Shown here: positions 8,437 to 18,692 of the stretch, piece after piece
How positions within the stretch are numbered: position 1 is the first letter of the stretch
Layout: each line of letters begins with the position of its first letter
Source of the DNA: Cyanobacteria bacterium auto_48_18
Lineage (GTDB): Bacteria > Cyanobacteriota > Vampirovibrionia > Obscuribacterales > Obscuribacteraceae
Assembly (NCBI GenBank): GCA_036170915.1
Contig: JAVHQC010000022.1
Location: forward strand, 401,713 to 465,712
Reading direction: 5' to 3'
DNA: 64,000 bases
Translations under genes and position numbers: made by a program
The notes under the pieces: generated by a model
What the model was told of the DNA's origin: nothing
What the model saw: the letters and a program-made list of their open reading frames with translations, nothing else
The model's database searches: none

Positions 8437-10338
8437 ATGGTAGAAGTGCAGGCAAACGCCGTTGCAACCATCAAGGAATTGGCCAGTCAACTCAGAGTCG
8501 ACAGCATTCGCTGCACCACCGAAGCCGGCTCCGGTCACCCAACATCTTCAATGTCAGCAGCCGACATTATGGCCGTGCTGATGACCAAATATCTGAAATA
8601 CGATTTCAGCAAACCTGAGCATCCGGTCAATGACCGCCTGATTTTCTCTAAAGGTCATGCCTGCCCTTTGCTTTATTCAATGTACAAAGCCGCCGGAGCG
8701 ATTACCGATAACGAACTGATGAGCTTGCGCAAGTTTGGCTCACGGTTGGAAGGTCACCCGATACCTAAGCTTTTGCCCTGGGTAGACGTCGCCACCGGCT
8801 CACTCGGCCAGGGATTGCCCATGGGTGTGGGTATGGCGCTGGCCGGCAAATACTTGGATAAATTGCCTTATAAAGTCTGGGTTTTGTTGGGCGACAGTGA
8901 AATGGCCGAAGGTTCTGTTTGGGAAGCCATGTCATGTGCGTCTCACTACAAGCTCGACAATATGGTGGCCATTCTTGACATGAATCGCCTTGGTCAGCGC
9001 GGCGAGACTGCTTTTGGTTGGAATTCTTCTTTATATGCCGATCGTGCCAAAGCATTTGGTTTCCACGTTATTGAAATTGCCGGACACGACTTTGATCAAA
9101 TTGATGAAGCGCTGCAAGAAGCCAGTGCAGTAACTGGTCAACCAACAATCATCATTGCTAAGACTGAAAAAGGTCATGGCATTCCTCTTACAGCTAACCA
9201 AGATAACTGGCACGGTAAGCCGCTTTCTAAAGAGCAAGCTGAAGAAGCGGTGAAGTTGCTAGGTGGTATCACCAGCATGAAAGTGGCTGTACAAAAGCCA
9301 TCAGATCCACCAGTAGCGAAGAAAGTCACATCAGAAATCACCGGTTCGGGCAAGTTTATTACACCTGCCTATTCTAACCCTGCGGCCACTAGAGAAGCTT
9401 ACGGCGACGCGCTGAAAGCGTTGGGTGGAGCTCATAGCGACGTAGTTGTGCTCGACGCTGAAGTGGGCAATTCTACTTATTCAGATAAGTTTGCCAAAGC
9501 GTACCTCGATCGTTTCTTCGAAATGTATATCGCAGAGCAACTGATGGTTGGTGTGGCAATCGGCTTGTCTACTCGCGGTAAGAAAGTATTTTCTTCCACC
9601 TTTGCCGCCTTCCTCTGCCGTGCCTATGATTTCATTCGTATGGCGGCCATCTCACGTGCCACCATTAAACTTTGCGGCTCCCATGCCGGCTGCTCCATAG
9701 GAGCAGATGGCCCATCACAAATGGCTCTCGAAGATCTGGCCATGATGCGTGCCATTCATGGCAGTACCGTTCTCTATCCATCAGATCCAATTTCTACCGC
9801 TAAACTGGTAGAAAAAATGTATGGTGTGGAAGGTGTTTCATACATGCGCACCACCCGCGAAAAGACTCGCGTGCTCTACAAAGAAGACGATGTCTTTGAG
9901 CTTGGTGGCAGCAAAACATTGCGCACCTCTGCCGACGACATGGTCACCTTAATTGGTGCTGGTATCACGTTACATGAGTGTCTCAAAGCTTATGACGAGC
10001 TGAAAAGCCAGGGTATTGCAGTACGCGTCATTGACCTTTATTCAATCAAGCCAATCGATGCTAAAACTCTCCAAACTGCTGCACGTGAAACAGGCACATT
10101 GATTGTAGTTGAAGATCATTGGCCTGAAGGTGGTATGGGTGACGCGGTGCTTGATGTATTTGCACCAAAAGGTCCACCAGCTCGCGGTAGCAAAATTGCG
10201 GCATTCGACAAGCTGCCGAAGGTTGTAAAAATTGCTGTGCGTGACATGCCCGGCAGCGGCTCACCAGAAGAGCTGATGGAAGCGGCCGGCATCACAGCCA
10301 GTCACATTGTTGCTACTGTGAAATCTCTAATTCAATAA
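8437..10338 (+). CDS. tkt: Transketolase
   Basis: SGHPTSSMS, SKGHA, ATGSLGQG, GDSEMAEG (TPP-binding), GADGPSQM and VEDHW motifs; AGGAG RBS. Confidence 0.95.
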   Translation: MVEVQANAVATIKELASQLRVDSIRCTTEAGSGHPTSSMSAADIMAVLMTKYLKYDFSKPEHPVNDRLIFSKGHACPLLYSMYKAAGAITDNELMSLRKFGSRLEGHPIPKLLPWVDVATGSLGQGLPMGVGMALAGKYLDKLPYKVWVLLGDSEMAEGSVWEAMSCASHYKLDNMVAILDMNRLGQRGETAFGWNSSLYADRAKAFGFHVIEIAGHDFDQIDEALQEASAVTGQPTIIIAKTEKGHGIPLTANQDNWHGKPLSKEQAEEAVKLLGGITSMKVAVQKPSDPPVAKKVTSEITGSGKFITPAYSNPAATREAYGDALKALGGAHSDVVVLDAEVGNSTYSDKFAKAYLDRFFEMYIAEQLMVGVAIGLSTRGKKVFSSTFAAFLCRAYDFIRMAAISRATIKLCGSHAGCSIGADGPSQMALEDLAMMRAIHGSTVLYPSDPISTAKLVEKMYGVEGVSYMRTTREKTRVLYKEDDVFELGGSKTLRTSADDMVTLIGAGITLHECLKAYDELKSQGIAVRVIDLYSIKPIDAKTLQTAARETGTLIVVEDHWPEGGMGDAVLDVFAPKGPPARGSKIAAFDKLPKVVKIAVRDMPGSGSPEELMEAAGITASHIVATVKSLIQ

Positions 10339-10361
10339 GTGCTTCAAATTTAGACCATGAA

Positions 10362-10398
10362 AAAACTCCTCCAGCAGTAAAATTGTTGGAGGAGTTTT
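10362..10398. terminator. Bidirectional intrinsic terminator between convergent genes
   Basis: AAAACTCCTCCAGCA-gtaaaat-TGTTGGAGGAGTTTT with A and T tails. Confidence 0.85.
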
Positions 10399-10422
10399 GA
10401 TTTGCAGCCGGCTTCGTTTAAA

Positions 10423-10779
10423 TTATTCGGGGCTAGCAGTGCGCTTGTTCAGCGAATCTTTAGTGATCTTCAGGCTAACTTTATTGAGGTCTTTTTCAAT
10501 TTTATTTTCGTCGGCATAGCTAAGTTTGCCACCATTTTTTTCTTTGGCTTTTTCAATTTTGGCATTGATATCGGCAAGATCTTCTCGCAGATGATCTGCT
10601 TCCTTTAGAGTCAATTCGTTTGCTTTTTGGCCCTTGTTGATTTTAGCGGTCAATCTTTCGATGCGCATAGTGATGGTAACCTTCTGCTTTGCTGAAGCTT
10701 CAGCTACAGAAATCATTGTGCTCATTCCGGTTGCCATCATCAGGCTCAAGCAAAAGCTTGCCACTTTAGTAAAATTCAT
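10423..10779 (-). CDS. Small secreted helical protein, function unknown
   Basis: GGAGG RBS, signal peptide, Lys/Glu-rich helical mature part. Confidence 0.8.
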   Translation of the reverse strand: MNFTKVASFCLSLMMATGMSTMISVAEASAKQKVTITMRIERLTAKINKGQKANELTLKEADHLREDLADINAKIEKAKEKNGGKLSYADENKIEKDLNKVSLKITKDSLNKRTASPE

Positions 10780-10945
10780 TGATTATCCTCCAGAACGTAA
10801 ATACTGGCGACAATCTTAGCGCAATTGCTGACAGCTATAGTCACCAAGCACAAATAGTGTTGAAAGTCGGCTCACAAGGTATATACAGCTAGTGATAAGG
10901 CCTGTTATTGACGTATAATCCTGCAAACCATTGAAGGACATAGAT

Positions 10946-11719
10946 ATGAAGGAATTCGCTGCCTATAAGGCACCATTTTATACATTCTTCTCGGCGCCTT
11001 TTTACCGCGACCTTTTGAAGAATGGCAAGGGCCTCGGCATTCTCTACCTCCTCATTTTATCTGCCATTTTCTGGTCGTTGCAGACGGCTAAAATATTTGC
11101 GGTGATGCAAATGGGCATCAATGGGCCTGAAGTAAGCGAAATGGTCGCCCAGGTGCCTGAAATGAAGTGGAAACAAGGCAAGCTCAGTATTGATAAACCA
11201 TCACCCTATATTATTCTCGACGACAAAAAGCAGCCGGGCATTATCTTTGATATCAATGGCAAAATGAAAACCCTGGCTGATGCAAAGGGCGCCAAGGTGC
11301 TTGTTACGGAAGATTTTCTGGTAGCTAAGAAATCCTCAGGAGTAGAAGAATCTATTCCGTGGGCAAAAATTGAAGACTTTGCCGTAACCAGAGCCATGGT
11401 TGAAGATTGGCGCAGCAAGGTAGTGCCCATTGGCACCACAATTATCTGGACCATGGGAATTTTTGTCTGGTTCGGACATGTTGTGATGGCTCTGATTTAC
11501 GGGCTGATTGGTCTGATTTTTGACAAACGCAAAGTCGGTTTTCAGGCCATGATGAGGCTGGCTGCTTTTGCCATGACGCCCAGCATTATTATTTCAGTGC
11601 TGCAACAGTTAACCGGTTTTGAAATTCCGTTATATCCGCTGATTTCGATCATCATGCAGATCGGCTTCATGTATTTCGCTTATCAGGCGTTTGAAAAAGG
11701 TGAAGAAGCCCAAGTCTAG
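10946..11719 (+). CDS. DUF1189-like membrane protein
   Basis: FYRDL…G.GILYLL N-terminus, a soluble loop and three C-terminal TM helices; ATG 10946 with AAGGA RBS. Confidence 0.7.
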   Translation: MKEFAAYKAPFYTFFSAPFYRDLLKNGKGLGILYLLILSAIFWSLQTAKIFAVMQMGINGPEVSEMVAQVPEMKWKQGKLSIDKPSPYIILDDKKQPGIIFDINGKMKTLADAKGAKVLVTEDFLVAKKSSGVEESIPWAKIEDFAVTRAMVEDWRSKVVPIGTTIIWTMGIFVWFGHVVMALIYGLIGLIFDKRKVGFQAMMRLAAFAMTPSIIISVLQQLTGFEIPLYPLISIIMQIGFMYFAYQAFEKGEEAQV

Positions 11720-11726
11720 TCTAATG

Positions 11727-12416
11727 CTAACGGTCTAGAAGCGGACTGCGCAAACGTTTAGATGTAGTTTGAGTTTCAACTTCTGCCACCTCAGTTGCAC
11801 CACTGGCGGTTACACCGCTGATGGCACCAATGGCGCCTAATTGCTGCAAGACGCTGAAAACAATATCGTAAGCGTTTTGCAGATGGTGCAGCTTGTCCAT
11901 CACACCGTCGTAATGGTAGACAACCGCATTGGCATGTTCAGGAATGCGCAACTTGGGATAAGTCTGTGCTGCTTTAGTTTCGATATGCAAGAGTGTTGGC
12001 GGTTGCAAAAGTATTAATTCGCGCATTTGCACGTCTAGAAAAAGTTCTTGGATTTTCTGAGGATCTGTGCCTTGAATCATAAATTTGCTGTCGAATAAGG
12101 CGTCTTGAACTTGCAAATCTTGCATGCCCATAGCTTTGCCGATTTTATGATGGTCTTTTTCTTGGAAAATAGAAAAAGCGAAATCGTCAGCAGGCGGATA
12201 GCAGACCAAAACGCTATTGCTTGCGCCTTTTTTGCCATAACGAGATTCGGGAGAATAAACGATTCTAAGGCTGGTATCTTCCAGCGGTACCGAAAGCGCA
12301 ATCAGTTTGCCTTCGTCTTCACCGCTGTCAGTTAAGACTTTGCCCTTTTTTTCGTCAGCGAAATTTCTCCAAACATACTCCCAACCAAAGAGGTCGCTGT
12401 GAAATTTCATGGTCAT
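11727..12416 (-). CDS. Hypothetical protein
   Basis: 229-aa ORF with GGAG RBS; no motif that I can assign. Confidence 0.7.
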   Translation of the reverse strand: MTMKFHSDLFGWEYVWRNFADEKKGKVLTDSGEDEGKLIALSVPLEDTSLRIVYSPESRYGKKGASNSVLVCYPPADDFAFSIFQEKDHHKIGKAMGMQDLQVQDALFDSKFMIQGTDPQKIQELFLDVQMRELILLQPPTLLHIETKAAQTYPKLRIPEHANAVVYHYDGVMDKLHHLQNAYDIVFSVLQQLGAIGAISGVTASGATEVAEVETQTTSKRLRSPLLDR

Positions 12417-12504
12417 TCTCCGCTTTTAAAACTTAGAGTTGATTTTAGCCAAATTGCCTGCCGCTTTGCAAGGGTGTGTGTCTTATCTGATTACAACTCT
12501 CGTG

Positions 12505-12623
12505 CGATAGGATATTGAAACGATAGGATATTGAAATGCTCTTGCCAAATCGCAGAGAAATTTTGCCAAAATTTCTCTGCGATTTGGAAATGAGCTTAGA
12601 AGACCCCAGAAGACCCCAGAAGA
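12505..12623. repeat. Repeat cluster: 16-bp tandem duplication, 20-bp perfect inverted repeat, 10-bp tandem repeat
   Basis: CGATAGGATATTGAAA x2 (12505-12536); CCAAATCGCAGAGAAATTTT-gcc-AAAATTTCTCTGCGATTTGG (12545-12587); AGAAGACCCC x2.5 (12598-12623). Confidence 0.9.
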
Positions 12624-13435
12624 ATGGAGCTAATATCGATATCGCCGCAACAATGTGGATAAGAGACGGTGTGCTTGTGGACCGCATGCACATTAACGCT
12701 GTGGCCTTCGCCTATGCGGCTTATCTCACGCTTGAACCGGCCAGAATGAGCGCTAGTTTGGCCGAACTGGTAAATTTTTCCCTGGCCAAATCGGGCATGT
12801 CTTGCCTGGAAAAAATACTCAGTTTGGAGATCAATGCTTCACTTGAAGATGCTCAGGTTGCTGCCCGATTTTATAACCAAATTGCCACTGAAGCCGCGGC
12901 TTCTGCCAGCTATTTTAGCGGCGCACTGGAGACCCTGTGCAAGCTAAAAGCGTCAGGCACTAAGAACTTCATTACATCAGCTGTGGAGCAGCAGATTTTA
13001 GACCAGTGGCTCACGAGCAAACAGGGCCTGGAGGCAGCTCCTTATCTGGAAGAAACTCTTGGTCGGCGAAATAATTTTGTTAAAGGAGCCGATCATTTTG
13101 AATACGTGCGAAAAATCGTAGATTGGGCGCCTATTTATTATATTGCCGACGCCGAATTCGAAATCAAACAGGCCGCAAGCATCAAGCAAGCTAATAACCT
13201 GGTGCCCCTGGGCTTTGCTCATTGCACTGATAGCGACCAAATCAGGCAAGCTCAGTCACTAGTGCGCACGGCTTGCAGTGTCGTGGCTTCGCAGTGGCAA
13301 TTTGCGTTTCTTGATACCATCGACTGCAATAATTTGATCTTGCCAACGCAAGAAGCTATAAGAGAAAATCTGCTGAAAGCCGGTGCAGTAGCTGTAGTAG
13401 CCGACTTTGCCGAACTTGCCGAATATCTTTTCTAA
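12590..13435 (+). CDS. HAD-like hydrolase fold protein with degenerate motif I (start uncertain)
   Basis: IAATMWIRDGVLVD in place of hhhDxDGVL; FITS (motif II), K (motif III), YIADAEFE (motif IV), LLKAGAVAVV C-terminus. Confidence 0.6.
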   Translation: MSLEDPRRPQKNGANIDIAATMWIRDGVLVDRMHINAVAFAYAAYLTLEPARMSASLAELVNFSLAKSGMSCLEKILSLEINASLEDAQVAARFYNQIATEAAASASYFSGALETLCKLKASGTKNFITSAVEQQILDQWLTSKQGLEAAPYLEETLGRRNNFVKGADHFEYVRKIVDWAPIYYIADAEFEIKQAASIKQANNLVPLGFAHCTDSDQIRQAQSLVRTACSVVASQWQFAFLDTIDCNNLILPTQEAIRENLLKAGAVAVVADFAELAEYLF

Positions 13436-14406
13436 TGCATCGGCTCAAAAATAGCGGCGTCTTCACCAAGTGACTTTGTTCCATGACCGACAATAATTTT
13501 GGCACGAGGAAATAGTGCTTTAATGGTGGCCACCTGGGGGTGACCTAAGCTAAGTGGCAATCTGAGTTGCGTGATGGGCAAGCCTTTCAATGAAGCCATT
13601 CCACGCTCAGTAACCCTCGTGCCTGCTACATCTAAAAAATGAAGTTTTTTCAAGCGTGCGAGAAATTTTATAGTCTCGTCGGTGATGTTTTGATTGCCCC
13701 CCAAATGCAGCTCGTTTATGTTTGTACATGCACCTACGTATTTAAGCGCTTCTGCGTTGGGGTGGCACCGGGTTAAGTTCAGCCTTTCCAGCTTAGGCAA
13801 ACTGACCAGATATGCATAGCTGGCCGGCTTCAGCGAATTGTGCCCCATTTTCAAAATTGAAAGCTTTTTCAAATTTGTTAGAGATTTAAAGGAGCTGCCG
13901 TTTACCAGTGTTGAAAATAGCGAAAGGCTTTCGAGATTGGTCAGGTATTTGACATTAGCCAGGCCGATGTCGCTCACTTCCGAACGGTCCAATATCAAAT
14001 TTTTGAGCCCGGTCATATGGCCCACGTAAACCATGGCTTTGTCGCATAGCCCATCTTCACTATCAGCAAACGAAGAAAATCGCATGCGTAGTGATTCAAC
14101 GCAATCTGGTGGAAGATTTTTCAAGACTTCAGGGTGAAGAAAAAATTTGTGATTGGCGTCGAGTAAAATCTCACTGTCGGCATCGAAGGTAACTGTGCCT
14201 TGAGCTGGCCCAACTGGTGTTTTGTCGTCAGGTCCGCGCATGGCCTTTTTAGCTGTGAGAATACCAATGGAAAAATCTTTGGGGAAGTTGACCACTCGTT
14301 TTGCACCAGCCGCTGACACCACTGCTGGTGTTAGCTCTAAGCAGCCTGCTGCTAATGCTGCGATCACACAGAGAGTTTTGCCTAATCTGTTGTCAGTGAA
14401 AAACAT
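13432..14406 (-). CDS. Secreted leucine-rich repeat protein
   Basis: Signal peptide, FPKDFSIG cap region, then LxxLxLxxxxIxDxGL-type repeats. Confidence 0.85.
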   Translation of the reverse strand: MFFTDNRLGKTLCVIAALAAGCLELTPAVVSAAGAKRVVNFPKDFSIGILTAKKAMRGPDDKTPVGPAQGTVTFDADSEILLDANHKFFLHPEVLKNLPPDCVESLRMRFSSFADSEDGLCDKAMVYVGHMTGLKNLILDRSEVSDIGLANVKYLTNLESLSLFSTLVNGSSFKSLTNLKKLSILKMGHNSLKPASYAYLVSLPKLERLNLTRCHPNAEALKYVGACTNINELHLGGNQNITDETIKFLARLKKLHFLDVAGTRVTERGMASLKGLPITQLRLPLSLGHPQVATIKALFPRAKIIVGHGTKSLGEDAAIFEPMH

Positions 14407-14421
14407 CTTTAATATCTATTC

Positions 14422-15999
14422 TTAGCTGTAGAACCACTGTTCGGCTCGTAAGAGCTCTACGGCAATTTCTCTGATTCTTTTGGCGAAGGCAAATTGCGTC
14501 AACTCGTGATGGGTCAATGTGCTCAATATCTGTTCGCCATTTTCACCGCGACGCGGATACTTCAGTGGCACATTCCAGAAGGGCAGGCGGCCTGGGCCCG
14601 GCTCTACAAGCCCTGTTGGCCTGGGGCTGTATGGAATATCGCCATACTCGTTTTGCCACTCTTGCAGAATAGCCCCGACTCTTTGCATGGAGCGATTGCG
14701 ATATTCATGACCCATGGCCGAACTGAACGCGGCATCGCTGTGGAAAACGTCTGGTTGTTTGTGACGCGCTCGCTGCATGGCTAGTTCTACTCTTTCGCTA
14801 CCTGTAATCATATGGATGCTGTCGCGAGGCCCCACAGTGACGCCGCTGAGTAACTCTGTCATGATTCGCAAGACTCTTATCACTGCCATTTGCGTACGTC
14901 TAATGCCACGCAATGCAAGGTTTTTTACTTCTGGCAAAAGTATGTTGAAAGAATCTGCGAAGCTAGCCATGGCTGATTCGAGCGAATCATATATGGTGGC
15001 ATCTTCAAACATCGACTCGGTACCTGGCCCGCGAATTAAGGCAATTTTGGCAAAGCCGTCGGGATTGTTGTAATTGATTGAGTGGTCGCCGGCAATGAGA
15101 GCGTGTGCGATTTTAGAGCCTGTAACTTCAGGGTGGGGCACATACCATTCGTCGATGGAAATCAGTTTCAGAGCTTCGCGTTCATCTTTGGTAAAGTCAA
15201 TTAGCCCCAGATCGCTAGTCAAATGTTCTTTGGCAAATGGATTGGTTATCTTTGAGTAGATTGAGCAAACCGTGTGCTGATCACGGTTGCGCTGCAGGTC
15301 GTGACTGGTCGGATTATGGTGATAGCGTTCAAAGGCTTCAAGATTGAGTTTGGCGCTCAGCATCTTTGCCACTGTTGTTGCCATAAATTTTGGTGGTGCA
15401 ATCTGGTGTTGCTTAATAGCCAGGACAATGCGTTCAATTGATTTCATATTTTCAGCATTGTCAACTTCCCAGAGATAAGACAGTGCCTGGGCTGCGGCCT
15501 GTGAGCCGTGAATGTTGTGAATGATAAAATTAGTGCGGGTTTTAACGGCGTCTGAAAATATTGAGGCAATGATGGCATCGCGCATTTCGTCTGAGGTGAG
15601 CTGCAGAATTTTAGAAGCTTCATAAACTTGATCAAGCTCTGCTCGGGTGTGCTTCCAGTTCATGTTCCACTGATAGCCCCGGTGGGCACCGCCGGTTTCT
15701 TCCGCTTCTAATTTTAAGTATGCTTCGCGCACCAGAGTAAGACAGCGCCAGATAATATCTTTGTCTTCTTTTTTGAGTAAATGTTCTGATTCGATTTTGT
15801 CGTAGACATGAGTTACCTGGCCATCACCGGCGAGAACGGGTACGTCGGCCAGGTCAGCAATTAAGTCAGCAAGCGATTTGCTTTCATCAGCTAGTGGTGG
15901 AAATAAATCTTTCCACTTGCCGTTGTCTGACAATTCGAGCAATCTAGTTTGGTTCTGATTTGCGTTACCGCTCTTTTTAGCGCTCGATTTGGCCATCAC
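14422..15999 (-). CDS. Hypothetical protein with divergent HD-domain-like motifs
   Basis: H…IASIFSDAVK…HNIHGSQAA…AIKQHQ…LIAGDH has HD-like spacing, with SD replacing HD. Confidence 0.5.
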   Translation of the reverse strand: MMAKSSAKKSGNANQNQTRLLELSDNGKWKDLFPPLADESKSLADLIADLADVPVLAGDGQVTHVYDKIESEHLLKKEDKDIIWRCLTLVREAYLKLEAEETGGAHRGYQWNMNWKHTRAELDQVYEASKILQLTSDEMRDAIIASIFSDAVKTRTNFIIHNIHGSQAAAQALSYLWEVDNAENMKSIERIVLAIKQHQIAPPKFMATTVAKMLSAKLNLEAFERYHHNPTSHDLQRNRDQHTVCSIYSKITNPFAKEHLTSDLGLIDFTKDEREALKLISIDEWYVPHPEVTGSKIAHALIAGDHSINYNNPDGFAKIALIRGPGTESMFEDATIYDSLESAMASFADSFNILLPEVKNLALRGIRRTQMAVIRVLRIMTELLSGVTVGPRDSIHMITGSERVELAMQRARHKQPDVFHSDAAFSSAMGHEYRNRSMQRVGAILQEWQNEYGDIPYSPRPTGLVEPGPGRLPFWNVPLKYPRRGENGEQILSTLTHHELTQFAFAKRIREIAVELLRAEQWFYS

Positions 16000-16027
16000 T
16001 CGTCTCCGTTACTTGCTAAGGGCATGT

Positions 16028-17083
16028 TTATATTGTTTGGCCGCGCTCTAAAATCCACTTGATGCTGCGCCTCATACCCTCTGCCAAAGCGACTTTGGGA
16101 TTGTACCCGAGTTCGGCTTTTGCCAGATCAATTTTGCAGGCGATATTCTTGTTCATCTCTGAAAGTACGTGAAATTTCTGGTGATAAAGACCGAGACCTT
16201 GCAAAGTGCCGTCAACTAAAAATGCCACATCGCTGGCTATTGAAGGTAAACGCATACGTTTGTGAGCACAGCTAATGTTGAAATCTTTTTCTAGAACACT
16301 TTCTACCGTGTCAACTATTTCGTTCATGGTATACGGCCGCTCATCAGCGATCCAGTAGGTTTTGCCATTGGCCCTGTCGATGGTCTCACAAAGCATCAGG
16401 CCCTGACAAATGTTGTCTACATAAGCCATGGAGCGAAGGTTTTCGCCGCTGCCAACAATAGGCATTTTGCCATTCTTAATCATTGAGAAAAATAGGGTTT
16501 GCCGTGGCGGCTGGCGTGGCCCATAGAACCATGGTGGCCTGATAATCACTGTTTCCATGCCGCCTGCGTGCGCCTCATTGACAAGATCTTCGGCCATTTT
16601 TTTCGACAGACCGTAATGCATGTAGGGGTTATATTTTGATTTTTCATCAAAACTATCTTTGATGTCGGCGCTGCCATTGCAACCAATAGGCGAGTTAGAG
16701 GAGACATGTACGAAACGTTTAACCCCTGCAGCTTGAGCGGCTTTAAGCATGTGGCGAGTGCCTTCCAGGTTGACTTGATAAAACTCTTTGCGACCGCTGT
16801 TCGGATGGATCACACCAGCAATATGGAAAACAGTTGCTCCTTTTGCGCCCTCCATAAGCTTGTCTAAGCCGGCACCAGTGGCCAGGTTTCCTTCTACAAA
16901 CGTCAACTGCTTCGATAGTGCCTGAAGTTCGCTGACATCGCTTCCGGGCAGAGTGAAAGCACGCACTGGACGGTCGGCTGGTGTGGAGAGGCTGGCAACT
17001 TCAGGAAGGCCGCCTATTAACGCTTCCACCAGGCTAGAGCCGAGCCAACCGGGAACACCTGTGACAATGGCAAGCTCAGACAT
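16028..17083 (-). CDS. NAD-dependent epimerase/dehydratase (extended SDR, 3-beta-HSD-like)
   Basis: VTGVPGWLG, FHIAG, YGLSK (YxxxK), RPPWFYGP. Confidence 0.9.
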   Translation of the reverse strand: MSELAIVTGVPGWLGSSLVEALIGGLPEVASLSTPADRPVRAFTLPGSDVSELQALSKQLTFVEGNLATGAGLDKLMEGAKGATVFHIAGVIHPNSGRKEFYQVNLEGTRHMLKAAQAAGVKRFVHVSSNSPIGCNGSADIKDSFDEKSKYNPYMHYGLSKKMAEDLVNEAHAGGMETVIIRPPWFYGPRQPPRQTLFFSMIKNGKMPIVGSGENLRSMAYVDNICQGLMLCETIDRANGKTYWIADERPYTMNEIVDTVESVLEKDFNISCAHKRMRLPSIASDVAFLVDGTLQGLGLYHQKFHVLSEMNKNIACKIDLAKAELGYNPKVALAEGMRRSIKWILERGQTI

Positions 17084-17108
17084 GGTTACTCCTTAGTAGT
17101 ATTGAATT

Positions 17109-18692
17109 TCATGGTTTGTGCAGCTCCGCAAAATGGAGGGCATTGCGCCGTGCCATTGCCATAATTGTGCCTTGCGGATTGATGCCTGGAGAGTCGGGCA
17201 ACATGCTGGCATCATTAACATAGAGATTGCTAAATCCATGCACTTTACCAAATGAGTCAGCGGCACAGCTTTCTGCTTTTTCTCCAATTGGGCAGGTAGA
17301 GAACGCGTGCACAGTGGTCAAACTAAGGGCGTTGCGCGGCAGATTTTCGTCGAGCCAGCGCACTGCTTCGAGTTCTGAGCTAATTTTTGGTAAACCCTGA
17401 ACGCAAGGATAGACAGCTTTAGCACCTGCCGAAAGCAGCAATGAAGATAGCCTTGCCAGGCCCTGACTGAGATGGCGAATATCAGTATCTGAAAGCTCGT
17501 ATTTTAAAACTGGTTCGCCGTCGCCCAGTAGTGATGTGCGCACGGTACCACTGCCGGTGCCGCGCACCGCTACATAGTAAGTAGCCATCTGCCGATAATC
17601 GGCAATCAAATCGTGGTTAGTGAGCCAGTTGTCTCCCAGGTTTAACGCCAGGTGACCAACTGAAAAGAATGAGCCACCCATAGAAATATCGGGCCAAAAT
17701 TCTTTCACTTGCAAAAGCGGCATGACACTTTTATGAGCGTCGATATCTTCATCAAACAGAGCTGATACTTTGAGCATTGGGTGAATTTGAAAAGTATCAC
17801 CTACGTGTTCTTTAATGCCGCTTTTGCGCAAAAGGCCAGGGGTTTGGGTGGGCCCGGCGCAAACAAAAACATGATCGGCGTCAATGCGAACAAGGTCGCT
17901 TGTGCGGTCCGCTTTGTGTATTTCAGCGAGAACACCTGTGATTTTTCCTCTAGATTTGAGCAGCAACTTGGCCTTGCAGCCAGTGATGAAGCGTGCGCCA
18001 TGGGCCTGAGCTTGAGGAATCAGTTTTACGCTAACTCCCTGCTTGGCTCCTTTCGGACAGCCGGTTGAGCAAGTATTGGTGTTGACGCAATCGGCCGCCG
18101 CTCGTTTAACTTCTTGTGCCGACCATTGCATGGCTTCTACGCCGCGATTAAATACGGCAGTTGATTTTGGCCACGGGCCAGGATGATTGCTTACGCTCAG
18201 CATAGTTTCGGCCCAGTCAAAATGCTGATCGAGCGATTCTTGAGTAAAGTCGGCCAGGCCGAATCTGGCCTGCCAGCGCATGAGAAATTCTGGTGGCAAT
18301 CTGTGCCAGAAACCGCTATTAATTTCAGTGCTGCCACCCAGGCAACGGCCTTCCACATAGCCAATCGGTACGCTGCCCATCACCGGCATGATGCCGCGAT
18401 TGCGATAGAGCAAACTCATGGCTTTTGCTGGTGACTGACCATAGTCTGCAAAACCATGACGCTCACCTTCTTCAAGAACTACAACTTCAAAACCTTGTTC
18501 AGCTAAAATGCTGGCGGTTGTGGCACCACCTGCGCCACTGCCGATGATGAGCACTTGCACGCGAATGGGCTGACCGGTAGCGTTTTCGCGCGTGCTTGTA
18601 GAAGTATTGATGCCGGTACTAACACCGGTGATAACAGTACTGCTGGTAGTGCTGCTAGTGCTAGTACTGCTAGTAGTGTCACCTGCTGTCAT
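17109..18692 (-). CDS. GMC family FAD oxidoreductase
   Basis: IIGSGAGG, GRCLGGSTEINSG, CxxxxxCxxGC, H…C.IG, DASMLP…NPQGTI; Ser/Thr-rich low-complexity N-terminus. Confidence 0.9.
   Translation of the reverse strand: MTAGDTTSSTSTSSTTSSTVITGVSTGINTSTSTRENATGQPIRVQVLIIGSGAGGATTASILAEQGFEVVVLEEGERHGFADYGQSPAKAMSLLYRNRGIMPVMGSVPIGYVEGRCLGGSTEINSGFWHRLPPEFLMRWQARFGLADFTQESLDQHFDWAETMLSVSNHPGPWPKSTAVFNRGVEAMQWSAQEVKRAAADCVNTNTCSTGCPKGAKQGVSVKLIPQAQAHGARFITGCKAKLLLKSRGKITGVLAEIHKADRTSDLVRIDADHVFVCAGPTQTPGLLRKSGIKEHVGDTFQIHPMLKVSALFDEDIDAHKSVMPLLQVKEFWPDISMGGSFFSVGHLALNLGDNWLTNHDLIADYRQMATYYVAVRGTGSGTVRTSLLGDGEPVLKYELSDTDIRHLSQGLARLSSLLLSAGAKAVYPCVQGLPKISSELEAVRWLDENLPRNALSLTTVHAFSTCPIGEKAESCAADSFGKVHGFSNLYVNDASMLPDSPGINPQGTIMAMARRNALHFAELHKP

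Noticed and set aside
8205..10355. 13-bp direct repeat TTCAAATTTAGAC (8205-8217 and 10343-10355) flanking tkt
   Set aside because: AT-rich, one copy is coding, and no mobility gene is present; chance cannot be excluded.
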